Shown: positions 17,929 to 33,792 of the stretch, in pieces
Layout: every line of letters begins with the position of its first letter
Numbering within the stretch: the first letter of the stretch is position 1
Assembly (NCBI GenBank): GCA_046563655.1
Contig: CM102286.1
Coordinates: 11,656,001 to 11,720,000, forward strand
Source of the DNA: Yuukianura sp. NJ FZ-2021
Taxonomy: Eukaryota
Reading direction: 5' to 3'
DNA length: 64,000 nt
Translations under genes and position numbers: made by a program
Notes under the pieces: generated by a model
Told to the model about the DNA's origin: nothing
Seen by the model: only the letters and a program-made list of their open reading frames with translations
Database searches by the model: none

Positions 17929-18848
17929 TTAGCCCAAGTTTCAAAATTTCCAAATTCCACTCAAATTGCACTTCAAATGAATTTTAACAAAAAAAAACAC
18001 GTTCAGTTTCCGGTTAAAAACGAGTTCACAAAAAGAACAATGGCGGATACTGCTGTCAAAAATAACTCTTTGTAACATACATGCCCACGATGAGCCAACT
18101 GCTGCACAACTAAAATTCCCATTTGACCATAATAATCCCACACACAAGTTAAACTACACTTAAAACTTCAAGTGTTGAGAACTCTGGCCTTGAAATCCCA
18201 TTCATTCATCCACTTTTGCCAGCTCTGGCTCTTATGTACCGAGAAGAGGGGGGAGGGGGATCACAAGATCACACAATTGAGGGGGGAGGGACAGCTTTAC
18301 TTGCTACATATTCGTACCGACTTTAAAAATTAACACAAAAATCCACACTTACTCCAAAACTGCAATAGTCACCTTCAGAGGCCAAACTAAAACTAGGACT
18401 CTTCAGTTAAGCATAACGTTAATGGAAAGGTAATTACATCCTTCGCTAATTGAGAACTACACACCTTATCTCCATAGATTTAGATTAGCATCCAATCACG
18501 TCATCCTTAAGTAAGAAACAATGGACAAGCCGCATCCCGCACCCAATTCACAGTACAGTAAAACCTCTCATTGCGCAACACGTTTTCTCTCCCGCATTTA
18601 ACGGAACACCGCAAAACTCTTTCTTGAATGATTCTAAACAAACAAACTTCCACAAAACTAAATTGGTGCTTTGCGTATAGCTCTGGACTCAATTAGAAAC
18701 TTCACGGTAACAACCAAGAATTTACATTGTTACGAAGGAGATGTTTTACTGTATACAGCAGTTTCCCCCTAACCTAACCTAATCTATGAATGAATCTGAC
18801 ATCTTTCCAAATTCAACGTCCGATTGACACGTTTAAAACGTCACTTAC

Positions 18849-18880
18849 CCAGAAGAGCTTACACTTCTCTCCCACCGCAT
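18849..18880 (-). CDS. Candidate first coding exon of SPRED (MRWERSVSSSG)
   Basis: ATG at 18880-18878, strong donor GG|GTAAGT in phase 2, matching the phase-2 acceptor (ttccag|T) at 17902. An upstream ttttttag acceptor lies at 18921-18923. No homology support. Confidence 0.4.
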
Positions 18881-21800
18881 CTCTATCACGTGTCGTCACA
18901 CAAAATTCCAGTAAACAACACTAAAAAAACCGACTTCATAGACTCTTTAAACTGGATTCCAAATCCAATAGATTTTTAATAGTTTCCTGGTAAACTGAAA
19001 CTCCAATCTGATCTGATCACCCCACCTCAAATGCAAAAACAACTCTTCGCAGCCTCTCATTTTTAAAATCCTCACCACTTTACCACCTTCTCATTCACAA
19101 TTTCGAAACTAAAAAAATGTTTCACAAACATAATAAAAATCCTCCCATCACCCCTACCACAGTAAAAAGCATAAAATTGGTTCTATAAAGACTCCAAGTC
19201 GTAAATTCCCTAATGCCAATATCCTGCAACCGGCCGGTTTTCATTTGGCAAGCCCCTCTTCTCGAGCTTAGCTGGTTGTTCCCCGACTTCATTTGCTGAA
19301 TGAAGTAAAACTCTTTTTGCCAACAACGTCAATTCACGTCGCAAAAAGATGGATGCATAGGAATCTGTGGCTCCCCACCCCTCTACTAATAGTATTAGAG
19401 ATCCGTTCCCCCTGCCCCTCTGTACAAGAAGCATTTCATTCATTCCCCTTCACTTCCAAGATCTCAAACCAAAAGATCTCTGCTGCTCCCCCATTCATTG
19501 TCTTCCTTTTAGTAGTATATAATACAATACGCACATTTCACAATTTCATTCACAAAACAATACTTCATGATTACGAAAAACCGTCATAAAATATTCACGA
19601 TTGATCCACAAGGGCATATCGCTCATTCATCTACAAATATTAAGTAAACTCGCCATAATAACAACAGTACAAAAAAACCTCTCGTATGTCCCTCCGATAC
19701 CGTCACTTCTCCGATTACATTCCACATTATTACACGAGGAGCACAAAGTGGATTATAAATTATTAGAGTCATTTATATTTTATGCATTAGCCTAAACATT
19801 ACGCCTTAACCTTAACAATCTATGTTTAAAAGTTAAGCTCACTGCATAACTTGATTTTTGGAAAGTGTAGGCTTTACGGTGTCCCACCAAGATAAAAGTT
19901 GCTATAAGAGAGGATTTTCTGTATCGCGAATAAACCATCTCCTCACTGTATACTACTTTTAATGGAGACAATAAATTTAAGAAACCAAAAATCCAGCATT
20001 TCAAAAAACAAAACCCGAAGGCCTCCGGTGAGAATCTCCGATATAGTTTCGTACTAAAAACATTTATTCAATTCAATGCTAAAAAGATTCTTACGTTAAA
20101 ACAGGTAAGTGTTTTAACAGCCCGTCTGTGTGTCTTACAGCCCGTCTGTAAGACAGCCTCTGTACAGTGATGTTACCATACATACTGTTCAATATCGACG
20201 CCAAAGGTTACGCTATTAGATACTAGGATCCAACACTGGAAAGTAGGAAAGTAAAAACAAAAATTAAGCTACTAACGCACGTTTCTGTACAGCAGGAAAT
20301 CAGTAACTTTAGGATAATTTCCGGTAAAAAAAATTAGACATGACTTATGCGCTTAACATTGACTGTCATACTGTGTGGAAACATTTTGAGTGACTACGTC
20401 ATGACCTGGTTCAGTTAGGATGACAAAATCTGTGGAAATTGAATCTCATCTTCTCATAATGACAAGAGAGGAACAATAATACAAAATACCCGGGAAAGTT
20501 TCCAAATTCTTCACGAAATCTATGGGTTGGAAACCAACACCAGCATACCCATTCAGCTCAATTAACATTAAGAATTCGAACGTCATCCTCCTACATTTTG
20601 TTTCGCATTCGCATCTTATTACGAAATCATGTATCAAATTCAATATGTTCCATCAGTATCCAACGACAACCCAGGATTGACAGTACATATGTATTATACA
20701 TTTGCGTATAATACGCGGTATAATACCGTCTTTTTCATGATCAATTCATTTCAATCATCAATGCATTTAGTATGTGTAATACGTATTGGTATTATACAAT
20801 TAAACGTATAATACGGTATAGTATCCCAAAAATTATTGTATTTTACCAACCCACAGATGAGTGAAAGTTCAGTCCTGTACCGGCAGCCCTAGTGTGCTGC
20901 CAGTATTAGTGCTGATGATCATAGTCTAAAAAGAATTGAAGCTCCTAAAAACTCTCGAATCTCAAGGAGATTTCACACTCAAAGATGATTTAGTCCACCC
21001 AGCTTCTGCCTCTCCTCCTAGTCTCTCTAGTGCCTTGTCTGAGTTAAGAACTTCTTAGTTTCTACTATTTCTTTGGGAGAAAGCCTCTCAATGACTCCTC
21101 CATGCTGTGTCTACCTTAACTTTCTCCTTTGAGAAAAACCTATTGATTTTTTTCTTTTCCCCCAGCATAGTCCCTATCTTGCCTGCCGAAGTGACTAAAG
21201 CGGGAAAAACTAATAAGATTCCAGCACAAGAGAGTAGTTGTCCACCCACGCAAAGGAGAAAGCGAGAGTTGATCAATGGAACCCACTCCCTCCCGAGCTT
21301 TCTCCAGCTCAAACCAAGCCGCCAAAACGAATTCCATTCTAACGGGGAAGCGATTCAGCGATTCTAACACTAAGCAAAGTCTTACGACGAACCAAACCAA
21401 CAGTCCAGCACACTAAACCAGAACCAGGAACAACAGGAACCAGCCGAAATTGAAGATAAAGCAGAATGGAAATTGTGGGAGAAGAAGCAGAAACAATAGA
21501 CAAAAAAACAAAACCAGGCACCCTCACCACCAACTCATCACTTTACACTTTATCTGTCCAAATTCGCAGGTAGTAAAACAGCACAAGTCGACAAGTCGGT
21601 TGGTTCTTTCAGAAACTCTGAATTCGAAAGCCACTGGATCGCATCCAACCAAACACAATACAAAAAAAAAAACATTTTTATTATCAAAATTTCGAGTTTC
21701 GAGCTCAGCCGCTCTATTTTAAAAACCTAACTCACTAATATTGCTGTTACATCTTATACACTGTAACTCTACACTTACTAACAACGTTGTTTCATAACAA

Positions 21801-24800
21801 ATCCTAGTGGAAGCGGCTACATTCTAAAAAGTACACCGTATAAATCATGTATTTTGGCTAAATTGGTTAAAGTTGAAGCCTTGAAAGTCCAGCAACTACT
21901 ATAATCGATTTGTGAGTTTGTGGAAAGCGAGACTTGCGCGGTAAAAGAGCATGAACAAGTTGCGACGGTGGTGGTGGTGGAGCACGCTCTTTCCTAATCA
22001 ACCCCCACCCACCCCAGCGCTGTATGTGGCTTTATGTTCTACTTCAACCCCATGGCTACCGCTACCCGTTCTATTAAGTCGCCAATTGCTAATTCAATTG
22101 TAATGTACTCCTACATTTTTCTGAATTGAAAAGATGAAGTTTCTTAAGCCAGAGTTCGGTCTTGGTCGCACGCAAAAGGCAAAACCATGACAAATATCTT
22201 GAATTCTTCTGAAATTATGTTTTCTCTAATTCTAACCAACTTTCATTGTTACACATTCCACTACAGAATTCAGCGCCACTTCCGCTGTTCCTAGAAATTC
22301 AACACGAAGCTGCAATTTTTTTGAATTCCTTCCATCAAAAAATGCCTCTCTCAATTCGCTTAAAGAACGAAGTAAGCCATACTTACGGCATAACTATTTG
22401 GCAGTTTTCAGAATGAGTAAACTCCAAAGTAGTAACAGTTGAGAAGGGTCAGAAAGCCGGATATCTAAATCCGGTAACAGAATACTAACGGAAGACGGGT
22501 TCAAGAAAAAAAAACACATCATAAAACAGATGAAAAACGAGAATTTAGTAACCGCCGACGGAACTTCAAGTTTCGACGGCAGGAAAAAAAAAGTTTTAAA
22601 CTTCTTCCCCTCACCAACCATTCAAATATTTTTAAAATCTGAATTCAAAAATCTTACGGAAAGAAAATCGTCCAGTTCCCGGAAAAATGATACGATAGAA
22701 ACATTTTTGGTGCAATGTCATAATAAAAGTATTTATATTACTCTACAAGCAAATAAACTCGAAAGTTGGAACCTGGTGCTAACTATTCAGCATCCAAATT
22801 TATTAAATTCAGAAAATCAGTGTTGCCAAGGCCAAGGCCCATGCAAAAAATATATTCCATCGTATGTATGTATTAATTCATTCATGTAAAGACGATTTTT
22901 TTTTCCTGACGTTTCCGATTAGTTATCCGATTGGTGTAGAAAACAAGTGAAAGCTAAGGTTAGCTAAGCCAACTATAAAAAGTTACACAGCACGAAATAC
23001 CCGGAGTCTAAACTGGTTGAGATTTGAGGGGGTGGAAGTTGAAACAAGAGTTTCCCATTTCAACCACCGACCAAAACCAACCCCTTCCTATTCTTCCAGT
23101 ACGTTAACGTTAGACGTCCTCCTTCTGTTGGCATTTCCTGTTAACTTTGGTTCCATTCACTACCATTCCAGATTATTTTCCCCATCTATTTCCTGTATTT
23201 TACTTTCAATTTCATCTTTTCTCATTTCTTGATTTCCTTAAATACCAAAAATATTACAAAGAATTTCGGGGCTTGATGGTTCAAAAATCGGTTCCGAAAA
23301 CCATACGCTTCTAGAACATAAAAAACGTTAGTTACATTTTAAAAAGTCAAGTCATAATTCCACCCTCTTCAGCATTCAGCAGTTCTCAACGTTCTTCACA
23401 CCCCGAGGCTTCGAGCCAGGTGAAGATGAAGAACAGAAAATCTCCTTACAAAAATACTAACAAGAAATGTCGGACAAGTTACAAAACCTTAGTGAATTTC
23501 CAAGTAGTACTTTGGTCTAAGCATATCCTAGACTTTACGCCTCCTGAAAGAGTCATTCGGGCAGTACGAATACACTACAACAAAAAACCAGTTTTAACCA
23601 TCATCATCCTATCCCAAGCTATTCTACCAGCACATTTGTGCTGCTGTACAGTTCTGGGAAGAATATAATATGGACGTGGGATCGTTTCCTGTGATCAAAC
23701 GCTACTAACAAAAAGAACAAGAAGAACAAATAAGTTGAACCGGATGCGAGAGGGTGAGGCGTCAGGCTACAATAATAGGAAAATGTAATAATCTTCCGGT
23801 GATTGTGTAAACAAAACCCTATAAACAGTTCTTTGTTTCTTTCACAACCATTTTTCATAATAACACAAATATATTAAGTCATAATGACTCCTTATAGGCT
23901 TTGCCCTACACAAAAAATCATCCCCGGCAAACACGAATCAAACTAACATAATAAGTTTAGTTAGCAAAACTCGCCAAATCAGAACCATAAATCAAATCAG
24001 AATAGTATAAAAAAAAATAAAACACTAAAACAGAAAACACTGAACAGTGTTTCGTGCTTGCAGAAATTAAAATTCGCATTTTTACAATCAATTTTTAGCC
24101 CAAAAGGCACCACACTTCCCTCGCGAAAGTTAGCAATAAAGTTATTCGTTCGCGAATTTCTTAAACGGAAAAACGAAATCCGAACTTTTAAAAACCGGTA
24201 TATTCGGTCTCGGTCGGATCGAAATTTGCCTGGTTTTTAACAATTCCAACTGAAATTTAAATCTTGATGTCAACAAACCCGATTTCCCAAGGACCAGCCA
24301 ATTAACAGACTCCTTAACTCTATCTGGAATGCATTTCATGTGCAATGTGCGCATCCTGTTCAGATTCACATCACTTTCAACGCTTGGCGCTTGGAAGTTA
24401 CAGACCAGACATAAGACAGTACAACTGGATAATGGATTAATGGATATAACACTAAAAAAAACGTTAGTAATGACTTTCGGCTTTACAGTTTCTCACTACC
24501 CGGGTTCAAAATCCAGCATGCTTGAAAATTTTTTTTGAAACAAAAACCGAACGGAAGTGATTCGTGACTTTTAAGTTGGTAAAAGCAACTGTAGGGTTGA
24601 AAAATGTCGAAACAAAACATGGTTTCTTCAGCTTCAGTCGTTGAGTCGTTCGTCATATAAAACAAAACCCAACTGGTTTCACTGAATTCGACCCCCACAG
24701 AAAGATTCCGCGATTAACTAAATTTAAACATTTTCTGCTAAAACCGAAACTTTCCTGGACCAATTCTACTCTTGTCAATCTGCTGACCGGAAACGGAATC

Positions 24801-26721
24801 AAACCTAACCAAAAAAGTGTGATGAATAACATATTTGTTGCACCACATGTATGAATCATTTCAAAATACATTTTTTTGCGGTTCTCTTGTCTTTTGTGGT
24901 TTTAAATCAAGTGGGACCAATCAATCAAAAAGTTTCCTTAAGCTAAAAAACGACTGTCAAACCAACGTGATCCAGCTCAGCTAGTCTTGAGGGGGTGCTT
25001 CTCATTCATTTCTTTCTAGCTTGACCTTATGAATGAAACCAAACTAATCTCAACCATAAAGTTAAATATTACAAAAGCTAAGCTTAGTAAATGCTAAATC
25101 TACTATACTCAAGTGCCAACTTATCACCAACCACGACCATCACCTTCATTTTATCTGTCCGGCAGTGTCTCCTGGACCAAAATCATTGTTAGTATGAATC
25201 TCATCTCCAGTTGAATATGGATATGAAATGTCAGCCCAGCCTCAGCAAGTCGCAGTCACCCAACCCAGAATTTTAGTAATATCACTAGTAACTAGTAAGT
25301 AACCATCTTTATCCGGCCATACATGAACATCAGCATAAAAGAGCTCCAAGGACAAGTCCAAGTTTAATAAAACAAAGGTGGGTGAAGTGAATTATTCGTT
25401 GTCTTAAGAGGCGTAGTTCACGTTTAAGACCAACGACTGACTACGGCTCCAAAAACCCAACCAACCAAAAACACCAAATAAAATACTGGTTTTTTCATTG
25501 TTGCAATGAAAGTGGTGGTCACTTTGGACGTGATATTCTCAAGGTAGGGAACTTATTCGGCTCAAGAATCATCACCCGAGGTCGAATCTGAGTATATAGC
25601 TTTTCACTACCCAACCAAAATGTGTAGTTTGTAAAGATATATCTGAATTTAGTGACGAAATATAGTCAAAACACATCCATTCTTAACTTCTTTAGCGTTT
25701 TTTTGAGTGATCGATGTGTATAATTCTGATTCAGAATCTCTGAATCAGAATCCAAACTCTAGGGGAAGAGTATTTCAATATCAGCGGCTTAACGTATTTA
25801 CTAAACGACTGAACTTTACTCCATCGGGCAGAGTTAGATAGAATTCCAGCGCCATGTCAATCGCTTCTACACAACTTAAAATTTACTCAATGAAACCGCT
25901 TCGTTAATGAAAAGTAGGTAGTTGTGGACAAAAACTATCGAGGTCGGAATGAATGAAATGAAAATTGACGTTCAGAGTTCTTAAACGTTCCCATTACATG
26001 AAAAATGAAACTTCTCAATCGATATTCCTGGTTTGGAAATTCAAAGCTGTGGAAAGCAAAAACAAAAGTTTTGAACAAAAAAAAATTGTGGTCTTTGTTA
26101 AATAATTTTGCGCATCATTTTTAAATTAACTTGTTCTTAGTCTAGAATCAAATCAGCAATCTTATAATCTGTTTACTCTGTAAAACGCGGGAAATTCGAA
26201 ATACCGCGAAAACCTACCTGTGTCACTCTTTACTTGAATTAGCTTACTCGGAAAACAAAACTAAAGTCGGTAATTCCGTTTGCGTTACAATTAGGTAGAG
26301 GCCTATCCCTACTAGTTCATCTTTTCCTCATCCTTCAACCAGATCGCAAATCTAAATTCTACGAATCCAGAATTCCGAATCAAGATCTACGATTCAAATG
26401 TTTCGTATCTATTAATCTATTGTTGATTCGATTAACAAAACGGGTTCATTTAAAACTTATCTCTGAATAACGGAACCTCGCTGTAACTAACGTAAAGATC
26501 GTTTCGTTGCTCAAAAGGTTAAAGTAAAAGTTCTTAGTTCAGATCAGAGGGAAACTTTTTGAACATGAACTTTAGTTTTAGGAACTTTTGCTTTTCGTAA
26601 TTATCCTTAGCTCTCCTCTAATTCTAATATGGCTAAAAATATTTCTTAATTGAATTAAACCCCGTTCTTAAATATGTCCCCGACTTAGAACTGTAACTGA
26701 AGTGTTCCGGTCTTCCGGTAA

Positions 26722-27560
26722 CAGTGTTAGAAGTTAAATATTTAACTTTTAGGTTAAAAGTTAAAAAAACTGAAATTAACTTAAAAAAACCCTAAACTAA
26801 AAAAACCTCCGAGTTAAACAAACTAAACTAAACAAAACAGCTGTAGTTTTTTCAAGTTTCTTTAATTTTTTTAGTTTTTTTAATTTATTTAAGTTTATTT
26901 AGGCTAAACTAAATTTTGCTTTTGAGTTAAAAATTGACTTAAAAAAACTACAAAAAACGGGCGGAGATGGCGTGCGAACTCAAAAATTTACCTTATTTTT
27001 GAAAAAATAAGCCCCCGTATTTGCATGAAATTATGTTTGTGACCTAGTTTTTAGGTCAAAGTAGCTTGAATTTCCTTGACCTCCGAATTGCCGTTGACCT
27101 CTATAGGTAAGCGTAACCTAAGTCTGAGACACGGAGGTCATCCGCGAATGGAAAACGTTCATTCCAGTTAAAATGTGGGAAAAACGTTTTTTTTTTAGAA
27201 AAAATTCACAGAGGTCACGGACAAAAAGAAAACACGGCTTGCGCGTATTACACTTTAAGTTACAAACTTCTCGAAAGGAAGCACTGCAGGCATTCAGGCT
27301 GCCTAACGTGCCATCTCTGCATGCTTTACATGGTTAATTCTAAATCTTTTAGTTAATTTCAGTTTTTTTAGTTTCTTTCAGTTTCTTTAGTTTTTTTAAG
27401 GTTAAACTAAAGTTTGCTTCTCCAAGTTAAATTTATAGACTTAAAGAAAACAGCTATAGTTTCTTTAAGTTTATTTAATATATTTAATTTATTTAATTTA
27501 TTTCAGTTTCTTTAACTGAAACTAAAAAAACTACCCGACCCTTAAAAATATACAACTCTG
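26722..27560. mobile_element. Non-autonomous hAT-type MITE with AAACTAAA-type subterminal repeats
   Basis: Imperfect TIR CAGTGTT / AACTCTG. Perfect 8-bp TSD TCCGGTAA at 26714-26721 and 27561-27568. The core is bounded by an inner inverted pair CGGAGATGGC (26962) / GCCATCTCTG (27319). Confidence 0.8.
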
Positions 27561-30500
27561 TCCGGTAATCACAAAATTACAAAGAGCGTTACCAAAGGCA
27601 GAATTCTTAACCGAACGTAAAGACTAGCACAATGTTCTAGTTCTTCAATATCTTCAGTTCAAACTAAAACTGTACGAAAACTTATTCCTAAAAGTTTTAG
27701 GCTAAAACGTTACAATCGAATCGAAAAACTAAAAACAAATGTCAATCGGATCGCTTTGGCTATGTTTCTGAAAACATCGTCATCGCTTAACCTTTGAACA
27801 CCTACAAATTTAAGCAAAATCAACCGGAATTTGAACATTACAGAAAATTCTATAAAACTTACTCCTCCTGTGACTCTGAACCGGACATGGACATTATGTG
27901 GATGTCCGGAATTTCCCAATCCTTTCGGTACGGAGGCCTCGTCGTTGGGGAACCGGAGAGATGACGAACCACAACTGTCGCCGTCGTATTTCTATCGTCC
28001 TTTGAAATCTACAGCAACACCTACACCTCACACACTTCCGTCTTCTGAGAACCTGAAGTCCAATACTTTTCGAAAAACGTTGCTGGACACCACCATCACG
28101 AAAGTGTATGACGTCGTTACAGTAGTCGTGAATGTAACTCTCTTCACTTTGCCTATTGTCAGTTACAGGGCACATGACTTAAGGTTCTCGGACATTCCAC
28201 CAGCAACGCCAGGCGAATCAGTCCACAAACTTCGAAGTTCGAACAGAAAAACGAAAGGAATTTCACCGTTTGTCTTCCAAGTTTCCTTTCACTAGGCGGG
28301 GATTCTAGGAAATAAGAAGAAGAGTGCCAATAAACGTCAAAACAATAACTAAAAATACCAATGAATGAGATTCAAAATAACATTTCCAACTGAGACAAGA
28401 CAAACAAACGAAGACTAAACGTCTCGATTTTTAGTTTGAAAATGAGCTTACACGTGTTTTAAAATGGAAGACAGTAATAACTTACATTAGGGAAGTTGTG
28501 ATTAGTTATTTGGTAACTAAACCAGGGCATTGACTTGTCTTTTATCAGTTGTTCAGAGGGTTGAATAGCCGGGACAAGCACTGACACACATGTGAAGATA
28601 TGAAGTTAGCGGGATGCCTGTAGACTGTTGTAAATTTGATGCTCCAGTACAGGAGTCAGGCACTGCTACGGTTCTGGAAGGAGCCAAAGTAGTGAATGAA
28701 GCAGTAGAACAGAACAGAGTAACGGTAAACACGTCCTTCCAGCACAGTACTCGGGGAGACTCTGAAGGGAGTTTGGGCAGGAGGAATCACTTTTTCTCCA
28801 TGCAAAACATCCAGGAACCACCACTACCGTAGTCCACCCAATGCAACTGCTGGGCTCCAACAGCTGGCTATACTGTATCTAGGCCCAATGCCCAGTATAC
28901 AGCAAGCACTGGTTTTGTCAGAGTTGTGCGCCACTCAAAGAAGATACATCGATTTCAAGAAAATCTGAGTAACCTCGCACAAACGTCGGGACTTTGGCGA
29001 AATTACGGTAAAACAGTTAAATAATTACAATTATTGTAAGTAATTATCCGAATTACAACAATTATCGCCATCAACTTTAAATGTAACACAATTTGAAGTC
29101 AAAGCGAAGGAAGTAAGTTAAAAAGAGACGATATTTTGAATGTACTGCAGTAATGGACGCAAATTTTATAATAGAAAGTTTATGGTTGATAGAACTTTTT
29201 GAAAAGTCAGCGTCTCACAATTATATATCTCCCATTTTAAATTTACGAACTCATTGCTAGTTTTTCAATTAACCTGTATATACCTACATAATATTTCTTG
29301 TGATAGTGATGTTTAATGGAAAAGTTGAAATTAGATGCATTAAACATTGCGTTGTTAGCCATTTTTGAGGGTATTCTGTTATAACAAAAGTAATATATTT
29401 AATTAAAAAGATATAGAAAACGCTTACTTTTCAGATTCTTTTGAATAGGGACAAGGCTTTTACTAATAATATTTTGAATTTTAGACATAACATTGTTGTG
29501 TTAATTCGAACAATTCAGTTTAAATCTGTATAAATTGATCTGTATAATCTAGCAGTACCGTGGTCAACTACTCGTATTGAGTCGGATTATATCAAAAATA
29601 AAAATACAGTCAGATAATTTCCCTTAGATCACGACAAATTGATGTGTCAAGGGAAGGTAATCAAGTCAACGTAAGTGTATTACACGAACGTTAATTGAAA
29701 CCCGTTCACATCCCGTGTATATACTAATGTAAGCGTATATAAATTAAGTTACGCGGCGATTTCACGTCGCGCGCGCTTGTCCTTGTTATAGCGGCGCACC
29801 ACCCTAGTCCTACTTGTGCTAAGGTTTGTTTGTTTGGATCTTCTGTACTGGGTTGAATAGTCCAAGGCGAGGCACAGTATAATGGTTATACGGACAGGAA
29901 ATAAGGAACGGAGCGAACAACTCACTGTCCTCCTTACCCGCAATTCACCATAGATCCTTGGTCACTCTCTCCATGTCACCAAGGTAACAACCGCATTTCC
30001 AAGGTTACTGTCCATAATGTTGTGTGAGTCACTTGTGACCCCACTTGACCCGCCCTCCGCTCGCATACTATGAATCCTCCACTGGGTGGAAATGGGGAGT
30101 AAGGGTGGGGAGGTGTAGTGGATTCTGTAGTCGGAGTGAATGGCGGAGGAGTCCTGTACTGAATGTAGCTCCTTGTCCTTCCTACCCCCTCCTCCCCAAT
30201 GACTTAAATTGGGAATCAACTTGTGGTCAATGGGTGGGGAGGGGGAAGGGGGAGGTCAAGTGACAAAACATCACTTTAATTGATCACACAACTCATTCAC
30301 ACTTTCGACTTCATATTAAAAGTACTTCAAGTTGATGTCAAACAATGGCCACTGGGATGCGACTGTAATTTTAAATGCTTGTGCGTCCGTTCACCTTTTC
30401 CATCTTTTATACTGATTTTTGCAGCTATGATGGCTACTGACCAGACCAGTCTAAAAGGTCAACCCACAATTGATCATTCGTGTTCTACGATTATCAACTG

Positions 30501-33500
30501 CTAAAAGACTATTAAACCGCACATGGGGAATAGCGTTTGTTGTAATTAAAGAAATTGATTCGTTTGAATTTTAGTAGTCATGCCACGCAAGACGCAAACC
30601 TGGTGGTCCGCCCAAGCATGTTGTTCTGACCTCCGACTCCGCGAGAATTCAAAAATAATGTACGAATCACTTTTAAGTTCCCATCCGACCGATCACTTCA
30701 TACTTACAACATACGTAAATTTCAAAAAGAAACTAAAAGTATTTTTTTCTTAATAAGCGTCTGTTCCAACCTTTGAAACTCATTTTTGTTTTCATTAACG
30801 TTTTCATAAACAATTCAGCCATCGCTTTTTCGCCATCGCCATCGATAATTCGATTTTTGTTTAACACGCGGTTTGTAAAACTGTTTTCAATATTTTCAAT
30901 CAACCTTTCACTTTATGTCGTTACTCCTACCGTTATACGACTTCGTTAAATGACGTAATACGACTGTGTTTATGATGTGAAAAAATACTGAAGTGGCGTA
31001 AAGCTTTTCAAATTGCAGCTTAAAATGAAATTTGAAAAAAATTGTACCCTGTTTTTTGGCTGTTTCAAAAAAGTTTTGACGCAGGAAAAAAATCGACAAG
31101 ATGCCTCATTTGTCTACCATTGCAAAACTAATCCTCGTCGTAGTTTACAATGCAGCTATACTTTGTGTGATTTTTCAAAATGGAAGACCGCATAGTAGAA
31201 AAACCTCGAAGTTGAACATACCAAACAATGAACTTCATTATTTATTTAACAAAATGTCATAAATTAGCCTGTTTTAAGAAATGAAATGTTTAGCTGTATA
31301 CATCAATTTCCGACTACTATAAATAAAAACATAATTTCGGAGCATCGGACCATTCGACCTTATGACAAAACTTTTATTGTCATTTCCAAATGTATGAAAC
31401 TACGAAGCGCAGTTTACATTCTGAAAAAAATATAATGGGCTCATTGTGTTTCCATTTGGTTCCAAAATTCAAAACAAAAACGGATACATTAAATGTAGTA
31501 CGTGGTCTCTGTTAATGTTCATTTTATTACCAAAACTGAAATGAAATGCAAAGCTTTTTCTCTTATTTTGACGCATTGCTTTCTCTTTATGTCCAAAATA
31601 TCCAGGAAGATCCTTCCTGCGTGTCTCGCTTGAATGAAGGAAATTTTAATTCATAAAAGCAGAGTTGAATGAAAATGTAGGTCAACTGGGAACCACCCGA
31701 AAAAAAAAATTCGGTGTTATAGACTTGTTTATCGAACCGAAAGTTGCGGGGAACGACGAAATAAAAGCTAGGGTTAGGAGCATTCACAGGCAAAAGCAGG
31801 GAAAGGCTTGAATGAATGTGGTAAAAATACTGTAGGGAGACGCACGCACGCACTTTCCAATTCTTTTTGGTCCGCTTACGCACTTTGCCCTTCTACCAAG
31901 TATACTGTTCAGTTCCAAAGCTTCATTCATATTGGATTCATTCTGTACTTTTGCTAAGGGAATGACGTCGGTAGGAACGGAGCGTCCTCGATTCTGAAAC
32001 TTTGTGAATGGATGGTATAGATGGTAAAAGCCAAAGGGGAAAGCGGGTGCGTACCAAAAAGTGCGTCAGTGCGTTCTGATCTAGATGATATCCAGGGCGG
32101 TGGCTCTCGTATAACTTCCTGGAAGCTAGACTAGAAAGTTCTCAGGTCAACTACTTCCACGTGGAACCAGCATCGATTGAAACCTATGCTTATGAACAAA
32201 AGTTCACTGGCTCCTGCTGGCTTACAGCCACCACCACCACCGTGGAACAGTTTTTTCGGAAGGCCCGCCATCCTAAAACCTTAAGTGAATGCCGAAATGA
32301 ATGGAAAAGTAGGACACGGGAGCTCAAAATAGCATTTCTCAATGAACAAGTCAGTTTCATTCTCAAAAATGACGATGAGGTTAGCCAACATCGGACTTTT
32401 TGGGGGCAAACAGGAGGGAACATTTCAAAAAAAATCTTTTGTGAAATATATCTTCCTAGCAGAAATCTATTTACCGAATATCAAATTTCAACTTTCCCAT
32501 TATAAAACAGATTTTGAGGATCCTTGTGTAGCATTTGTATCTGACGAAATCCGAGGAATAGTCAATCTCCATACTGCGTAAAGCGGATTATTTACGTTGC
32601 AGCTTTTTAGTTTGACAAGATGGGGGAGGATGGCATGACACATGAAAGTAAGATGAAGACGTCAAGCACCCGCCAGCCATAACGGCAGCATAAACGCTCA
32701 ATTTCTTCGTAAATTTTTGTATTTTTGGAACATTTCAAACCGATGATGGTTGAAAGTGAAATGACTTTTTAGTTCGTTGGAACTAAAAAGTTGGCATGAT
32801 AAAATTTGGAGAGAAAAAGTCATTGGATTTTGTGGAATCAAAAATACACGCTTGGTTTGGCATTCACCTGCCTTGGGGGTTTGTGTTACAGCGTTACACT
32901 CAAAATCTAAAACGCTGAAAACTTCTAGCGTCACTTCCAGTAGTAGTGACGTAGGTTTTGAAGCAAACGAAGTAGAAAGAGGCTTACGGATGTTGGGATT
33001 AACAAAAACGAAATAAAGTGTGAAGATTTGGATTTAATGAAACCCAAAGTGAAACCATTTTGCCTCGTGCTAATTCCCAAAATTGTTCAAAGTTTAGATA
33101 GAAAACGAGTATCATCCATACAGTAGTACTCTATTTTCAGTTTACTTTTTGTACACATTTCGTGTGGTTTTACTAAAGCTAAAGCTTATATTTTCCAAAA
33201 ATAGTTACTAAGCTCCCGCGAAATAAAAATTTAGTTTGACCATTTTGGCTTCATGAGATTTTACAGTTTTTGTTAATCTCTTGTGTACTATTTTGAAATT
33301 TGACGTCGACTTGCCTCTAAACTATAAAGCAGACTAACTTTAACTGAAAATTTAATGTGCGTCGCATCAATTCGATTAAATGTGTTTTCAAGTGGAGACA
33401 ATAGAATGATGACTGGAGTTAGGTTGATGTCCGTTTGTCCAAGTTACAGTGATTGATCGCTTCCGTTGTGAGACCGGAAGACAGGAAAACCTTGAAACGG

Positions 33501-33792
33501 AAGTACGAGGGGAAAAAATGGCACTGAATAACTAGCAACGGACATCATAAGTTCAGATCTGGCCCAAATGTGGCGTGTTCCTCCGAAGCACACCAAATGA
33601 CCACTCGCAAGCTGGGAAAAATTCAAAAGTTTTCACAAAAACAAAAAAAAGAGGAATTTTTCTAAATTTAAAAATTTTGGCTTTAAAATTTTGGTGTCAA
33701 AAGTATTTCTATGTTCAATTTTACCCAGTTTCGCTCTACCCTAGTATTGTGAGTTTATTTTTTAAGTCAGTTGCTTTACAGCGCTGCTCGAT

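Noticed and set aside
20670..20856. Possible MITE with GTATAATAC repeats (similar weak cases at 7890-8395, 12812-12976 and 42225-42525)
   Set aside because: TIRs are too degenerate and there is no matching TSD, so boundaries cannot be supported.
27831..28295. 154-aa plus-strand ORF
   Set aside because: No recognisable domain, starts at TTG, and lies antisense to the probable SPRED 5' region.
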